This document shows positions 15,998 to 24,553 of a stretch of DNA of 64,000 bases, piece by piece. The stretch's first letter is position 1. The number at the start of each line of letters is the position of its first letter. Made by a program: the position numbers and the translations under genes. This stretch comes from a virus. The notes below the pieces were generated by a model, which did not search any database, was not told the origin of the DNA, and was given only the letters and a program-made list of their open reading frames with translations. The stretch covers positions 1 to 64,000 of the IMG/VR virus record IMGVR_UViG_3300002461_000812. The stretch is one strand, 5' to 3'.

Positions 15998-17506
15998 ATG
16001 TCCAAGTTCACCCTTCCGATCAAGTCCACCTACGTCAGCTCGTGGGGCCTCTGGGAGTGCCTCCGAGAGATGGTCCAGAACGCCAAGGACGAGGAGGACC
16101 AGAACGGTCACGCGATGGCCGTCGAGTGGAAGCCGACCGCCGCGATGCCGGGGCCTGCCGTGGGCCAGGTCTGGCGAAACGGCTCGGTCACGATCGAGAT
16201 CCTCGAAGTCACCGACACGCACGTGATCTCCGCGTACTCGCGCACCTCGCTTCGCCAGTGGGAGAGCTGGGTGAACGGTGATGCGGTCGGTCAGCCGAAG
16301 CTCGACGGCTTCGACCGCCCGGGTCTCCTCACCCTCCGGAACGAGGGCGCAGACATGGACCGCAAGGCCCTCCTGATCGGTCACTCCGGCAAGGCCGGCA
16401 GCGACCTGCGCGGCAAGCACGGCGAGGGCCTGAACCTCGCTCTCCTCGCGGGCGTGCGCCTCGGGCGCAAGATCCTCATCGAGACGAAGACCGAGCGCTG
16501 GACGCCGACCATCGGCTACGCCGAGGAGTTCGGTGCGAACTGCCTCTCCATCGCCACGCGCGCACGCAAGTCGGCGGGCCCTGGCGTCGCGGTCACCATC
16601 GAGGTCACCGAAGGCGAGTGGGCCAAGTACCGCGACCGCTTCATCTTCCTCTCGAACATCCCGGACAACCGTGTCGTCCGGATCCCGGACCAGGGCTCCA
16701 TCCTCCTGGAGGAGAGTCGCAAGGGCTGCGTCTACGTCCGCGGCATCTACGTGGACACGCTCCCGAAGCTCGAAGCCGGGTACGACCTGACGCAGATGAC
16801 CCTCGACCGCGACCGCCGGATGATCGACGTGTGGGACCTCCAGTGGCGCCTCGGGCAGATGTACCAGGACGCGATGGCGCGTCGCCCCGAGCTGCTCGGC
16901 GGACGGGTCTACAAGATGCTCCGCGACGGGTCCGAGGACACCAAGGGCTTCCACTACCACGCGACCAAGGAAGCGGCGGCAGCCCTGGCGATCGAGTTCC
17001 GCACCGAGCACGGGGACGACGCTGTCCCGGTCGCGTCGATCGCCGAGGCTCGCGAGCTGGAGCACCTGGGTCGCCGCGGTGTCGTCGTCCAGGACGCCCT
17101 GCGCGACTCCCTCAAGAAGGAGATGGGCGACATCTCCGAGATCAAGACCAAGCTCAAGAACGAGGTCGTCCGCTCGGTTCCATGGGCCGACCTGGCCTTC
17201 GAGCACAAGGCCATCTTCACCCAGTACACCACGCTCATCGACTCGCTCGGCGCGATCCCGACGCCGGTCGCCCAGCGCATCGACATCGTCGAGTTCCGAG
17301 ACCCTCGCATCGAGGGGCTCTGGCAGGGAGACAACGGCCGGATCAGCATCGCGCTCCGGATGCTCGACGACCCGCGCGGCCTCCTCAAGGTCCTGGTTCA
17401 CGAGGTGGCTCACGCGGTGTCCGAGGCGGGCGATGGTCACCACGGTCACACCGAGTCCATCGAGGACCTCTGGGCGAAGCTCTACTTCCGCCGCACCGCT
17501 TCGTGA
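15998..17506 (+). CDS. GHKL-type ATPase domain protein with a C-terminal HExxH motif
   Basis: N-box-like ECLREMVQNAKDE, NEGADMD, and Gly-rich GKHGEGLNLAL. C-terminal LVHEVAHAVSEAGDGHHGH (HEVAH at 17399-17413). Strong AAGGAGAAGCAG SD. Confidence 0.6.
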   Translation: MSKFTLPIKSTYVSSWGLWECLREMVQNAKDEEDQNGHAMAVEWKPTAAMPGPAVGQVWRNGSVTIEILEVTDTHVISAYSRTSLRQWESWVNGDAVGQPKLDGFDRPGLLTLRNEGADMDRKALLIGHSGKAGSDLRGKHGEGLNLALLAGVRLGRKILIETKTERWTPTIGYAEEFGANCLSIATRARKSAGPGVAVTIEVTEGEWAKYRDRFIFLSNIPDNRVVRIPDQGSILLEESRKGCVYVRGIYVDTLPKLEAGYDLTQMTLDRDRRMIDVWDLQWRLGQMYQDAMARRPELLGGRVYKMLRDGSEDTKGFHYHATKEAAAALAIEFRTEHGDDAVPVASIAEARELEHLGRRGVVVQDALRDSLKKEMGDISEIKTKLKNEVVRSVPWADLAFEHKAIFTQYTTLIDSLGAIPTPVAQRIDIVEFRDPRIEGLWQGDNGRISIALRMLDDPRGLLKVLVHEVAHAVSEAGDGHHGHTESIEDLWAKLYFRRTAS

Positions 17507-17507
17507 G

Positions 17508-17535
17508 TAGACAGACTCACGACACACTGTAAGAT
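17508..17535 (+). promoter_or_regulatory. sigma70-like promoter TAGACA-N16-TAAGAT, leaderless
   Basis: GTAGACAGACTCACGACACACTGTAAGATggcgccATG. 28 of 37 positions are identical to 13875-13911. Confidence 0.6.
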
Positions 17536-17541
17536 GGCGCC

Positions 17542-17796
17542 ATGACGATCTCGAAAGACGAGCGAGCCACCACCAGCATCCTTCGGGAGAACAGCTTCCC
17601 GGTGGCCGCAGTCGAGGGTGAGTACAAGGGCGAGCGCCGGGTCTTCCTCTGCCTCATGGGCAGGGACAAGGAGGGCAAGCTCGCCATCGAGGCTCCCCTC
17701 GCGATGCTCCTGTCCGAGGACGACTTCAAGGACATCAAGAACCACGAGGGCACCGGGCTGGCCCAGCCCTCCAGGATCATCCTGGCCAAGGGCTAG
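17542..17796 (+). CDS. hypothetical protein (84 aa), leaderless
   Basis: ORF track. ATG lies 6 nt after the -10 element of promoter 17508-17535. Confidence 0.7.
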   Translation: MTISKDERATTSILRENSFPVAAVEGEYKGERRVFLCLMGRDKEGKLAIEAPLAMLLSEDDFKDIKNHEGTGLAQPSRIILAKG

Positions 17797-17813
17797 CGCA
17801 CCAAGGGGGGAAC

Positions 17814-18116
17814 ATGATCACGAACGCCGAGCTGAGATCGCTGGTCCTATCCGAGGACACGGTGGTGTCGTCTCTCGCAGCCGAAGTGATCCAGGCCCGC
17901 AAGGACCTGCTCCATGACCGTCGCCGGTGCGCTGAGTTGGCCGGAGCCGTCAGTCACGAGGCCGGGGCCGCCGTGCGGGAGTACGCGCAGGACTGCGAGT
18001 GCTCCTACATCACGGGTGAGACGCTTTCGCGTGATCCGGCGAATCAGCTACCATCGGGCTCGTGGCAGATCCCGAGGTCAAGTGGATCCAGTTCCGGTCG
18101 TATTCGGGACCGGTGA
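17814..18116 (+). CDS. hypothetical protein (100 aa)
   Basis: ORF track, GGGGGGAAC upstream. The last ~20 aa overlap the next gene and look low-complexity. Confidence 0.5.
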   Translation: MITNAELRSLVLSEDTVVSSLAAEVIQARKDLLHDRRRCAELAGAVSHEAGAAVREYAQDCECSYITGETLSRDPANQLPSGSWQIPRSSGSSSGRIRDR

Positions 18117-19084
18117 TCAACGCAGGGGCGCCCGTCGGACCACCGAGGTCCGGTCACGCCCAGCGAGCCTACTGGTTGACGACGAAGGTCGAAACCGGCG
18201 GAGTTCTCGGCAAGGTGATGGCCTACGACGGCACCTGCATGACGGCGGGGCCGGACCAGCACATCGCCGTCTACCCGAAAGAGTTGTCCGAGGAGGACTG
18301 GCGCGCTGAGGACGACCAGGGCTCGCTTTGGAGTCTTCTCGCACGTCTGCTCCGCGTCCGTGGATCCGACTCCCAGCTCGCCGCCCATTTCGACGCGCTG
18401 CTCTCCGAGCTGGCGTCCGACGGGTTCCGCGTGGGAACGGATGGGCGCCTCGTCTACGCCGCCGACCGGCAGGTCACCGTGGGTGAAGTGGTCGTTCGCG
18501 TCAGGGCCGGAGAGCTTGCGCACGGCAACGTCATCCGAGACACGTACACCGGCCCGTCCGACGGGAAGGTTCCTTCGTCCGGTCCGTACTGGGAGAAGGC
18601 AAAGCGCTGGGCGCTCCTCTGGCATCGGATCACGGTCCACCCGGCGGCACGCCAGGTCCAGCTCGACTACGGCATCGACCACCTGGTGAAACGGACCCGG
18701 ACACGGAAGATCGCCGATCTGGGCACCGTGGACGCCGTGCTCTACGGTCCCCAGAACGTCATGTCGGCCAACGGGCTCGACCCGGCGCTCGACCTGGCCG
18801 CGTGCGTGTTCCACTCCCACTCGGTGAACGGTCCGAGTCCGGCGGTTCGAGCCCTCGCCGAGGCGGCTCGTGCGCACCCGCGCACGAAGGACCCGGTCGC
18901 GTTCGCGCGGGACCTGCTCATCAGGCTCGGGAACAACGACTACGGACGCTGGGACGACGACGTGAAGAGCGGGCGTTGGCAGCGCACGCGCACCCACGCG
19001 ATGAACTCCGGTCTCTGGCCTGAGCGACTGTTTCTCGGCGAGTCCGCGGTGATGCCGCTCGACCTTCCTGACGAAGAGGAGTGA
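18062..19084 (+). CDS. hypothetical protein (340 aa)
   Basis: ORF track with a GTG start and balanced composition (MADPEVKWIQFRSYSGPVINAG...). Confidence 0.7.
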   Translation: MADPEVKWIQFRSYSGPVINAGAPVGPPRSGHAQRAYWLTTKVETGGVLGKVMAYDGTCMTAGPDQHIAVYPKELSEEDWRAEDDQGSLWSLLARLLRVRGSDSQLAAHFDALLSELASDGFRVGTDGRLVYAADRQVTVGEVVVRVRAGELAHGNVIRDTYTGPSDGKVPSSGPYWEKAKRWALLWHRITVHPAARQVQLDYGIDHLVKRTRTRKIADLGTVDAVLYGPQNVMSANGLDPALDLAACVFHSHSVNGPSPAVRALAEAARAHPRTKDPVAFARDLLIRLGNNDYGRWDDDVKSGRWQRTRTHAMNSGLWPERLFLGESAVMPLDLPDEEE

Positions 19085-19087
19085 TCG

Positions 19088-19657
19088 ATGGAGGCTATCG
19101 CAACGCCGCTGTCACTGGTCGAGTACGAGGCGCACCGAAGTGCTCGCGTCACCCGGCTCAAGACCGAGGCGGCAAGACCAGAGGCGGTGGTACGCGAGAT
19201 CGCGAAGATCGTCAGGTGGCTCGGGACAGAGCAGCCGATGGAAGCCATCGGTCCCATCCACGGGATCTACAGCGACGGAGCGTTCGCTCTTCACGCCGGG
19301 GCCTACGTCCTCCGCACCGTCGTCCACACGGCAACGGGGAAGCCGGCCATCCAGCTCGTGAAGATCGAGGACCCCATCGACGGGCGGGACTCGGAACTGT
19401 TCCTCCGGATCGTCGATCGGGTACTCCAAGGCCAGGTGCTCACCTCGTGGGAGGCGCCCGACTGCTTCTCGGTCGCGCTCAAGGTCAGGGTCCACCCGAC
19501 GCTCGTCCGGACCGTGACCCACAACTACCGGACCATGGCCTGCTCGGGTGCCCGCGAGAGGAACTCGAAGAGCGGCTGTCCGATCTCCTGCGGTGACTGC
19601 CCGTACCGCTTCGACCGCCAGGCCAAGTTCATCGTCCCGCCCGGCTGGCACATCTGA
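19088..19657 (+). CDS. hypothetical protein (189 aa)
   Basis: ORF track. GAGGAG SD lies upstream of the ATG. C-terminal CSG...CPISCGDCP cluster. Confidence 0.7.
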   Translation: MEAIATPLSLVEYEAHRSARVTRLKTEAARPEAVVREIAKIVRWLGTEQPMEAIGPIHGIYSDGAFALHAGAYVLRTVVHTATGKPAIQLVKIEDPIDGRDSELFLRIVDRVLQGQVLTSWEAPDCFSVALKVRVHPTLVRTVTHNYRTMACSGARERNSKSGCPISCGDCPYRFDRQAKFIVPPGWHI

Positions 19658-19681
19658 CACCACGGGTAGTGGTGGTCGGTC

Positions 19682-19718
19682 CGGGGCTACACAAGAGCGC
19701 GACGTATCCCCGTTTTTT
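19682..19718 (+). terminator. weak terminator-like element (5-bp stem, T6)
   Basis: CGGGG-N21-CCCCG followed by TTTTTT. Confidence 0.3.
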
Positions 19719-19927
19719 GGGTCTTGCGCGCTTTTGCGGCCCTGAGTAGACCGATCGTCCGCCTCAGCTTCGGATACACCAGCCCCGCCACGCCGAGGGG
19801 GAAACTCGGCGCGGAGGTTCGGGCGTTGGTGCGCCCAAGCTGGAGGTCACGAAAGCCAGGGTACGTGACGCTGACCGATGTATCTCAAGCCGATCCTTCA
19901 TGCAACGTATCGTCACGCAGTGTCATC

Positions 19928-21220
19928 ATGTCGATGGCCGCGAAGAAGCCTCGGAGGAGAACCCCCCCGAAGGATCCCGCGTTCGTCCGTGAGCGACGCC
20001 TACTAGATGAAGGAGGAAGAAACTCCTCAACCATACGCAGTCCATGGGGAAGTGCGGACGGCGTCGAGGGGAGGGAGACGTACTACTCCGGGGGCTACAG
20101 CGACAACCTGCTCCAGTGGAAGGGGCTGGTGGGACGCTTCTGGTCCGAGATGCTCAAGGACATCGAAGAGCCCTCTCTACGGACCGCTCTCTCCAAGCGA
20201 CTGGAGTCTTTCCTCACCTGCGGGAAGGCCGTCTCTGTCCGGAGGTGCGGCGGGTGCCAGACCGACAGGGAGGGCAGCGGCACCTTCCGTGGAACGAGGA
20301 CCTGCAAGACCAGAGCGTGCCCTGTCTGCTCGAAGCTCCGGTCAGAGCGCTACTCCGAGTGGGTCGAGTCCGCCTGGTCCCTCATGGAGGCGCGGCCGGG
20401 GTACGCGTGGCGGTGGCTGACCCTCACGACGAAGTACGACCCCTACTCCAAGGAGGACGCCTCCTGGCAAAGCCTGCGAGGGCGCGCGCGGGCATGCGCG
20501 AAGGCGGCCGAGAAGGTCTGGACCAAGCTCCTCAAGGGCAAGGGCGGTGAACTCAGTACAGGCGCGATCCGGACGATCGAGGTCGCGCGCCGGGGAATGG
20601 TCCACGTCAACCTGGTCTACTTCGGCCCGGCGCTCGACATCGACGAGGTCGAGGCGCTGATCTCGAAGGTCTCCCCCCACATGGGCCACGCCCACTTCCA
20701 GAAGGTGAACCGCAAGCCTGCGCCGCCTGAACTCAGTTCCGACGGTCGGAAGAAGAAGCGGCCGAAGGGCGACGAGGAGTTCGAGCTGGACGAGTCGGAC
20801 GAGCGCGGCTCGCTCGAAGGGCTCAAGCGGGTGGCGAAGTACATCTCCAAGGGCCTCGACCACGAGACCAGCTCCATGAAGATGCGAGACGAGGACTGGG
20901 TGACGGGAGCCCAGCCGGTGGTGACGGTGGATCCGGAGCTGGCGGTGGCGTGGGAGTTCGCGACCTACAAGATGCACCTGGTCCAGCGGTACGGCGCGCT
21001 CCGGAAGCTGGAGCTGGACGAGCACGCGGAGAAGTCGAAGTCGGACAACGAGGACGACGCCCACATCGCCTGTAAGTGCTGCGGCGCCGTGGGAAAGTGG
21101 AAGACGGGCTTCCGCTCGACCCGGGAGTGGTTCGGCGAATGCCACGAGCGAGGCATCAAGGCGTTGCACGGAACGCCGGATGACTGGCTGCCGAGAGACT
21201 GGGTAGAGCTGAACTCTTGA
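19928..21220 (+). CDS. HUH-type rolling-circle replication initiator-like protein (Rep_1/pC194-like motifs) with an N-terminal zinc ribbon
   Basis: Motif 1 WRWLTLTTKYD, motif 2 GMVHVNLVYFGP, motif 3 LKRVAKYISKGLDHE, plus CGGC...CKTRACPVC. Start set at ATG 19928 because the in-frame stretch upstream has poor third-position GC. Confidence 0.6.
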   Translation: MSMAAKKPRRRTPPKDPAFVRERRLLDEGGRNSSTIRSPWGSADGVEGRETYYSGGYSDNLLQWKGLVGRFWSEMLKDIEEPSLRTALSKRLESFLTCGKAVSVRRCGGCQTDREGSGTFRGTRTCKTRACPVCSKLRSERYSEWVESAWSLMEARPGYAWRWLTLTTKYDPYSKEDASWQSLRGRARACAKAAEKVWTKLLKGKGGELSTGAIRTIEVARRGMVHVNLVYFGPALDIDEVEALISKVSPHMGHAHFQKVNRKPAPPELSSDGRKKKRPKGDEEFELDESDERGSLEGLKRVAKYISKGLDHETSSMKMRDEDWVTGAQPVVTVDPELAVAWEFATYKMHLVQRYGALRKLELDEHAEKSKSDNEDDAHIACKCCGAVGKWKTGFRSTREWFGECHERGIKALHGTPDDWLPRDWVELNS

Positions 21221-21223
21221 CAG

Positions 21224-21535
21224 GTGCCACTGTTGACAACGCGATCTTGGAGGCTCAATCTCGTCTGTGTGAGCGGAAACGGCAACGGAAAGCACAAGCA
21301 GCCCACCACGATCAAGTGTCGTGGATGCGGCGGAGACCTGGTGAAAGGGTCGCCCGAGTGCGCCCGTGTCGAGGTCGGTCGCATCGCCGGGATGGACGGC
21401 GGGTACGAGGACTGGGACGTGGCCGGCGAACCGTGGGGCTACATGCACCTCCGGTGCTTCTACCTCTCGGTCGGTGACCCTCGCGCGGTGACCACGCCCC
21501 AACCGCCTCCGACCAGGTCCCCTAATCCCGCTTGA
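21224..21535 (+). CDS. small Cys-containing protein, start uncertain (GTG 21224 or GTG 21269)
   Basis: ORF track. KCRGCGGDL...HLRCF. Confidence 0.5.
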   Translation: MPLLTTRSWRLNLVCVSGNGNGKHKQPTTIKCRGCGGDLVKGSPECARVEVGRIAGMDGGYEDWDVAGEPWGYMHLRCFYLSVGDPRAVTTPQPPPTRSPNPA

Positions 21536-21559
21536 CTGACGCTCTATCTGGTATAAGAT
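21532..21559 (+). promoter_or_regulatory. sigma70-like promoter TTGACT-N16-TAAGAT
   Basis: The -35 hexamer contains the TGA stop at 21533-21535. Confidence 0.7.
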
Positions 21560-21579
21560 GCCAGGTAGGAGGTCAGACA

Positions 21580-22128
21580 ATGGGAACGGAAGGAACGCGC
21601 TACATCGAGGTCCCCAGCGACAAGCTCATGGGCTTGCTCCAGGACATCGGCTCGAAGGTCATGGCGAAGGGAGGGGCCCTCGTCGAGGGAGTCCAGGGTC
21701 GCGAGGTCGTGGTGGACCTGACGCCCGCCGGCAGCCGCACGGTCATCCGGGTCTACACCTCGGTGGCGCGAGGCGCTGACGCGGTGCGGGGATGTGGCGA
21801 GGACGCCGTCCGCCTGGTGATCGGCTACAACGGCAAGGGCCGCGACGGCAAGCCCCGCTTCTTCCCCCTCTCCGACGGGCGCCGCATCTACCGGACCGCC
21901 CCCACCAAGCTCCCCACGGACGAGCGCGTCACCGTATTCCTCGGACGCTTCCAGGACGCCCTCCGTGAGACCTACGCCGAGGCCCGCGCCTGGACCGCTT
22001 GCCCTTCCTGCGGGGCTCCCATGAGCCTCCGAACCAACAAGGCCACCCAGTCGAAGTTCTGGGGATGCACCAGCTTCCCGGATTGCCGCGGAACGAGACC
22101 CCACGTGGCATCGAAGAACGATGCTTGA
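21580..22128 (+). CDS. protein with a C-terminal topoisomerase-type C4 zinc ribbon
   Basis: ATG 21580 follows AGGAGG. CPSCGAPMSLRTNKATQSKFWGCTSFPDCRGT matches the Topo I-type zinc-finger pattern. Confidence 0.65.
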   Translation: MGTEGTRYIEVPSDKLMGLLQDIGSKVMAKGGALVEGVQGREVVVDLTPAGSRTVIRVYTSVARGADAVRGCGEDAVRLVIGYNGKGRDGKPRFFPLSDGRRIYRTAPTKLPTDERVTVFLGRFQDALRETYAEARAWTACPSCGAPMSLRTNKATQSKFWGCTSFPDCRGTRPHVASKNDA

Positions 22129-22152
22129 CTGACGTTGGTTAGATTGTATAAT
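22125..22152 (+). promoter_or_regulatory. sigma70-like promoter TTGACT-N16-TATAAT
   Basis: The -35 hexamer contains the TGA stop at 22126-22128. Consensus -10 element. Confidence 0.8.
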
Positions 22153-22203
22153 GAGTCCTGAGAGAGACACTACCGCCCCGGCTTGAGCCGGAAGGAGAAC
22201 GCG

Positions 22204-24312
22204 ATGGGTATCGGAGACATGGTTCGTGAGGCTTCCGGTGGTTCGGCCAAGAGCGAGGCAGAGATCCTCAGCGGCCTGAACCCGGAGCAGACTGAGGTGG
22301 TCCTCCACGACAAGGGTCCGATCCTCGCGGTCGCGGTAGCAGGAGCCGGAAAGACGGCCGCCATCGTGCGCCGGATGGGCTACCTGGTGAAGATGCGAGG
22401 GGTGAACCCCGGTCGCATCCTCGCGGTCACGTTCTCCCGCAAGGGCGCGGACGAGATGAACGAGCGCCTCGAAGCGCTCATCGGGAAGTCGGATGCCCGG
22501 GTCGGCACCTTCCACTCCCTCGGGCTGGAGGTCTGCAAGAAGGAGATCGACCTGGAGGACTGGACGATCGACGACCGGGACCGCTACCGGATCTGCATCA
22601 AGGACGCCGTCTCCTACAAGGAGATGAAGTGGGAGAAGGCGGACGCCACTCTCATCGCGAGCTTCATCGGCCTCTGCAAGGCGAACCTCGCGCGTCCCTT
22701 CTCGGACACGGCCATCGAGATCGCCCAGGGCATCTACCGGGCGAGCCCCAAGCAACAGGCCATCCCGCAGAAGCTCAACCAGGCGTACGAGGTCGCCGAG
22801 CGACTCCGCCGAGACCGCCGGCTTCTGACCTTCGACGACATGCTCCTCGACTCGGTCGAGCTGTTCCAGCGCGACGACTCGGTCCGCGCTCGCTGGGCGA
22901 GCCGCTGGGACTACGTCATCCAGGACGAGGCCCAGGACCAGAACCTCGCGCAGCTCATGATGGGCGAGTTGCTCGCCAAGGATCACCGGAACTACTGCCT
23001 GGTCGGCGACCCCGCCCAGACCATCTACACCTGGCGCGGCGCGCAGCCGACCAAGCTCCTAGGGTTCGAGCAGAGCTGGGGCGCGAAGGTCGTGCGGATG
23101 GGCCGGAACTACCGGTGCGGCTCGACCATCATCGACGCGGCGAACAAGTCGCTCGACGCGATGGACCCGGAGCAGCGCCTCCCGATCGCGATGATCGCCG
23201 AGCGCGGGGTGGAAGGCGAGGTCATCGCCAAGGTGTTCGAGGACCTCGACGCTGAGGGCGAGGAGATCGCCCACAAGGTCCTCTCGATGGTCGAGGACGG
23301 GTCGAAGTACAGCGACTTCGCGGTGCTCTACCGGACCAACGCTCAGTCCCGCGCGGTCGAAGAGTCGATGCTCTCCAGCCGCATCCCCTACCGCATCATC
23401 GGGGGCACGAACTTCTACGAGCGACGCGAGGTCCGCTCGCTCCTCTCCTACCTCCGCCTGGCCGACGGCCGTGGGACGTTCGAGGACATCGAGCGCTGCA
23501 TCAACGCGCCCTTCCGGTTCCTCGGCCGGGCCTTCGTGGATCGCGTGACCGACGCGGCCAAGGAGATGATGAACGGCAGCTCGAAGATCGACTGGGCCAC
23601 CCTGGTCCGGGATGTCGCCATGGGAGCCGGCGTCCAGTCCCGCCAGAAGGAGTCGGTCTACGAGTGGGCTAACCTCATCGAGCGCACCGCCAAGCGCATC
23701 CAGCTCGCTGGCGAGACCGAGAGCCCCGAGGTCAAGGACGCCGGCAAGCCGGCCCGGCTCCTGGAGGAGATCGTCCACGTCACCCGCTACACCTCGTGGC
23801 TGGAGAAGGACGAGGGCGAGGAGACCACCGAGAACAGCCGCGTGAGCAACGTCCGCGAGCTGATCCGAGCGGCGACCCGGTTCCCGAACGTGAAGGAACT
23901 GCTCGACTACATCGAGAACGTCGGCCGCAAGGCGGCGAGGGCGCGCAAGGACACCCAGCCGAACAAGGTGACCCTCACCACGCTCCACCGGAGCAAGGGC
24001 CTGGAGTGGCCGGTGGTGTTCCTCTGCGGTGTCTCCCAGGGCATCCTCCCGCACGCGCGGTGCGAGGACATCGAGGAGGAGCGCCGGCTCTTCTACGTGG
24101 GCGTCACCCGCGCGCGCGACACCCTCCACGTCAGCTCGGTGCTGAACGTCAGCCTGGGCTCGAAGGTCATCGTGACCGAGCCCTCGGACTTCATCCGGGA
24201 GGCAGGGATCACCCCGGTCTATGTGCTCGCCAAGGGCGACCTTCGGCACCACGACCAGGACGCCGCCAACGATGCGGTGGTCGGAGCGGCAGCGGACGAC
24301 TGGGAGGACTGA
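22204..24312 (+). CDS. UvrD/PcrA/Rep-family SF1 DNA helicase
   Basis: LNPEQ...AGAGKTAAIV (I), VIQDEAQDQN (II), TLHRSKGLEWPVVF (V), YVGVTRAR (VI). ATG 22204 follows GGAAGGAGA. Confidence 0.9.
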   Translation: MGIGDMVREASGGSAKSEAEILSGLNPEQTEVVLHDKGPILAVAVAGAGKTAAIVRRMGYLVKMRGVNPGRILAVTFSRKGADEMNERLEALIGKSDARVGTFHSLGLEVCKKEIDLEDWTIDDRDRYRICIKDAVSYKEMKWEKADATLIASFIGLCKANLARPFSDTAIEIAQGIYRASPKQQAIPQKLNQAYEVAERLRRDRRLLTFDDMLLDSVELFQRDDSVRARWASRWDYVIQDEAQDQNLAQLMMGELLAKDHRNYCLVGDPAQTIYTWRGAQPTKLLGFEQSWGAKVVRMGRNYRCGSTIIDAANKSLDAMDPEQRLPIAMIAERGVEGEVIAKVFEDLDAEGEEIAHKVLSMVEDGSKYSDFAVLYRTNAQSRAVEESMLSSRIPYRIIGGTNFYERREVRSLLSYLRLADGRGTFEDIERCINAPFRFLGRAFVDRVTDAAKEMMNGSSKIDWATLVRDVAMGAGVQSRQKESVYEWANLIERTAKRIQLAGETESPEVKDAGKPARLLEEIVHVTRYTSWLEKDEGEETTENSRVSNVRELIRAATRFPNVKELLDYIENVGRKAARARKDTQPNKVTLTTLHRSKGLEWPVVFLCGVSQGILPHARCEDIEEERRLFYVGVTRARDTLHVSSVLNVSLGSKVIVTEPSDFIREAGITPVYVLAKGDLRHHDQDAANDAVVGAAADDWED

Positions 24313-24314
24313 CC

Positions 24315-24551
24315 ATGATCGTGAAGAAGGGAGACGGGCCCACGGAGTTTGGGCCCGGCGTACTCATCGAACTCGAAGGAGATGAGATCGCACGAGCGAT
24401 CGACTCCTGGCTCGTTGGGCAGGGGATCCACGTCAGCGGGCCCCGAACGATCATGGTGAACGGCGAGCTTTGCGAGTCTGGATCGGTCTACGTCGATCCT
24501 TCGGGGTTCGTGATAACCGCCAAGGGGAAGAAGATAGACGGCCGCAAGTAG
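24315..24551 (+). CDS. hypothetical protein (78 aa)
   Basis: Internal ATG 24315 of ORF 23796..24551, preceded by GGGAGGA (MIVKKGDGPTEFGPGVLIELEGD...). Confidence 0.65.
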   Translation: MIVKKGDGPTEFGPGVLIELEGDEIARAIDSWLVGQGIHVSGPRTIMVNGELCESGSVYVDPSGFVITAKGKKIDGRK

Positions 24552-24553
24552 GG

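Noticed and set aside
19724-19927. Upstream extension of the Rep-like ORF, with a TTG/GTG start near 19826 that has a GGAGG 8 nt upstream.
   Set aside because: Third-position GC of this stretch is only about 60 percent by my count, far below neighbouring genes, so it is probably non-coding. It remains an alternative start.
20007-20550. Alternative-frame ORFs inside the Rep-like gene (20007-20420 and 20044-20550).
   Set aside because: Their composition is Arg/Gly/Pro-rich noise, and the Rep frame carries the ordered motifs.
21217-21222. First TTGACA after the Rep-like gene as a promoter.
   Set aside because: No acceptable -10 element lies at 16-18 nt. The second TTGACA (21233-21238) has only a weak TCAATC/CAATCT, so neither was annotated.
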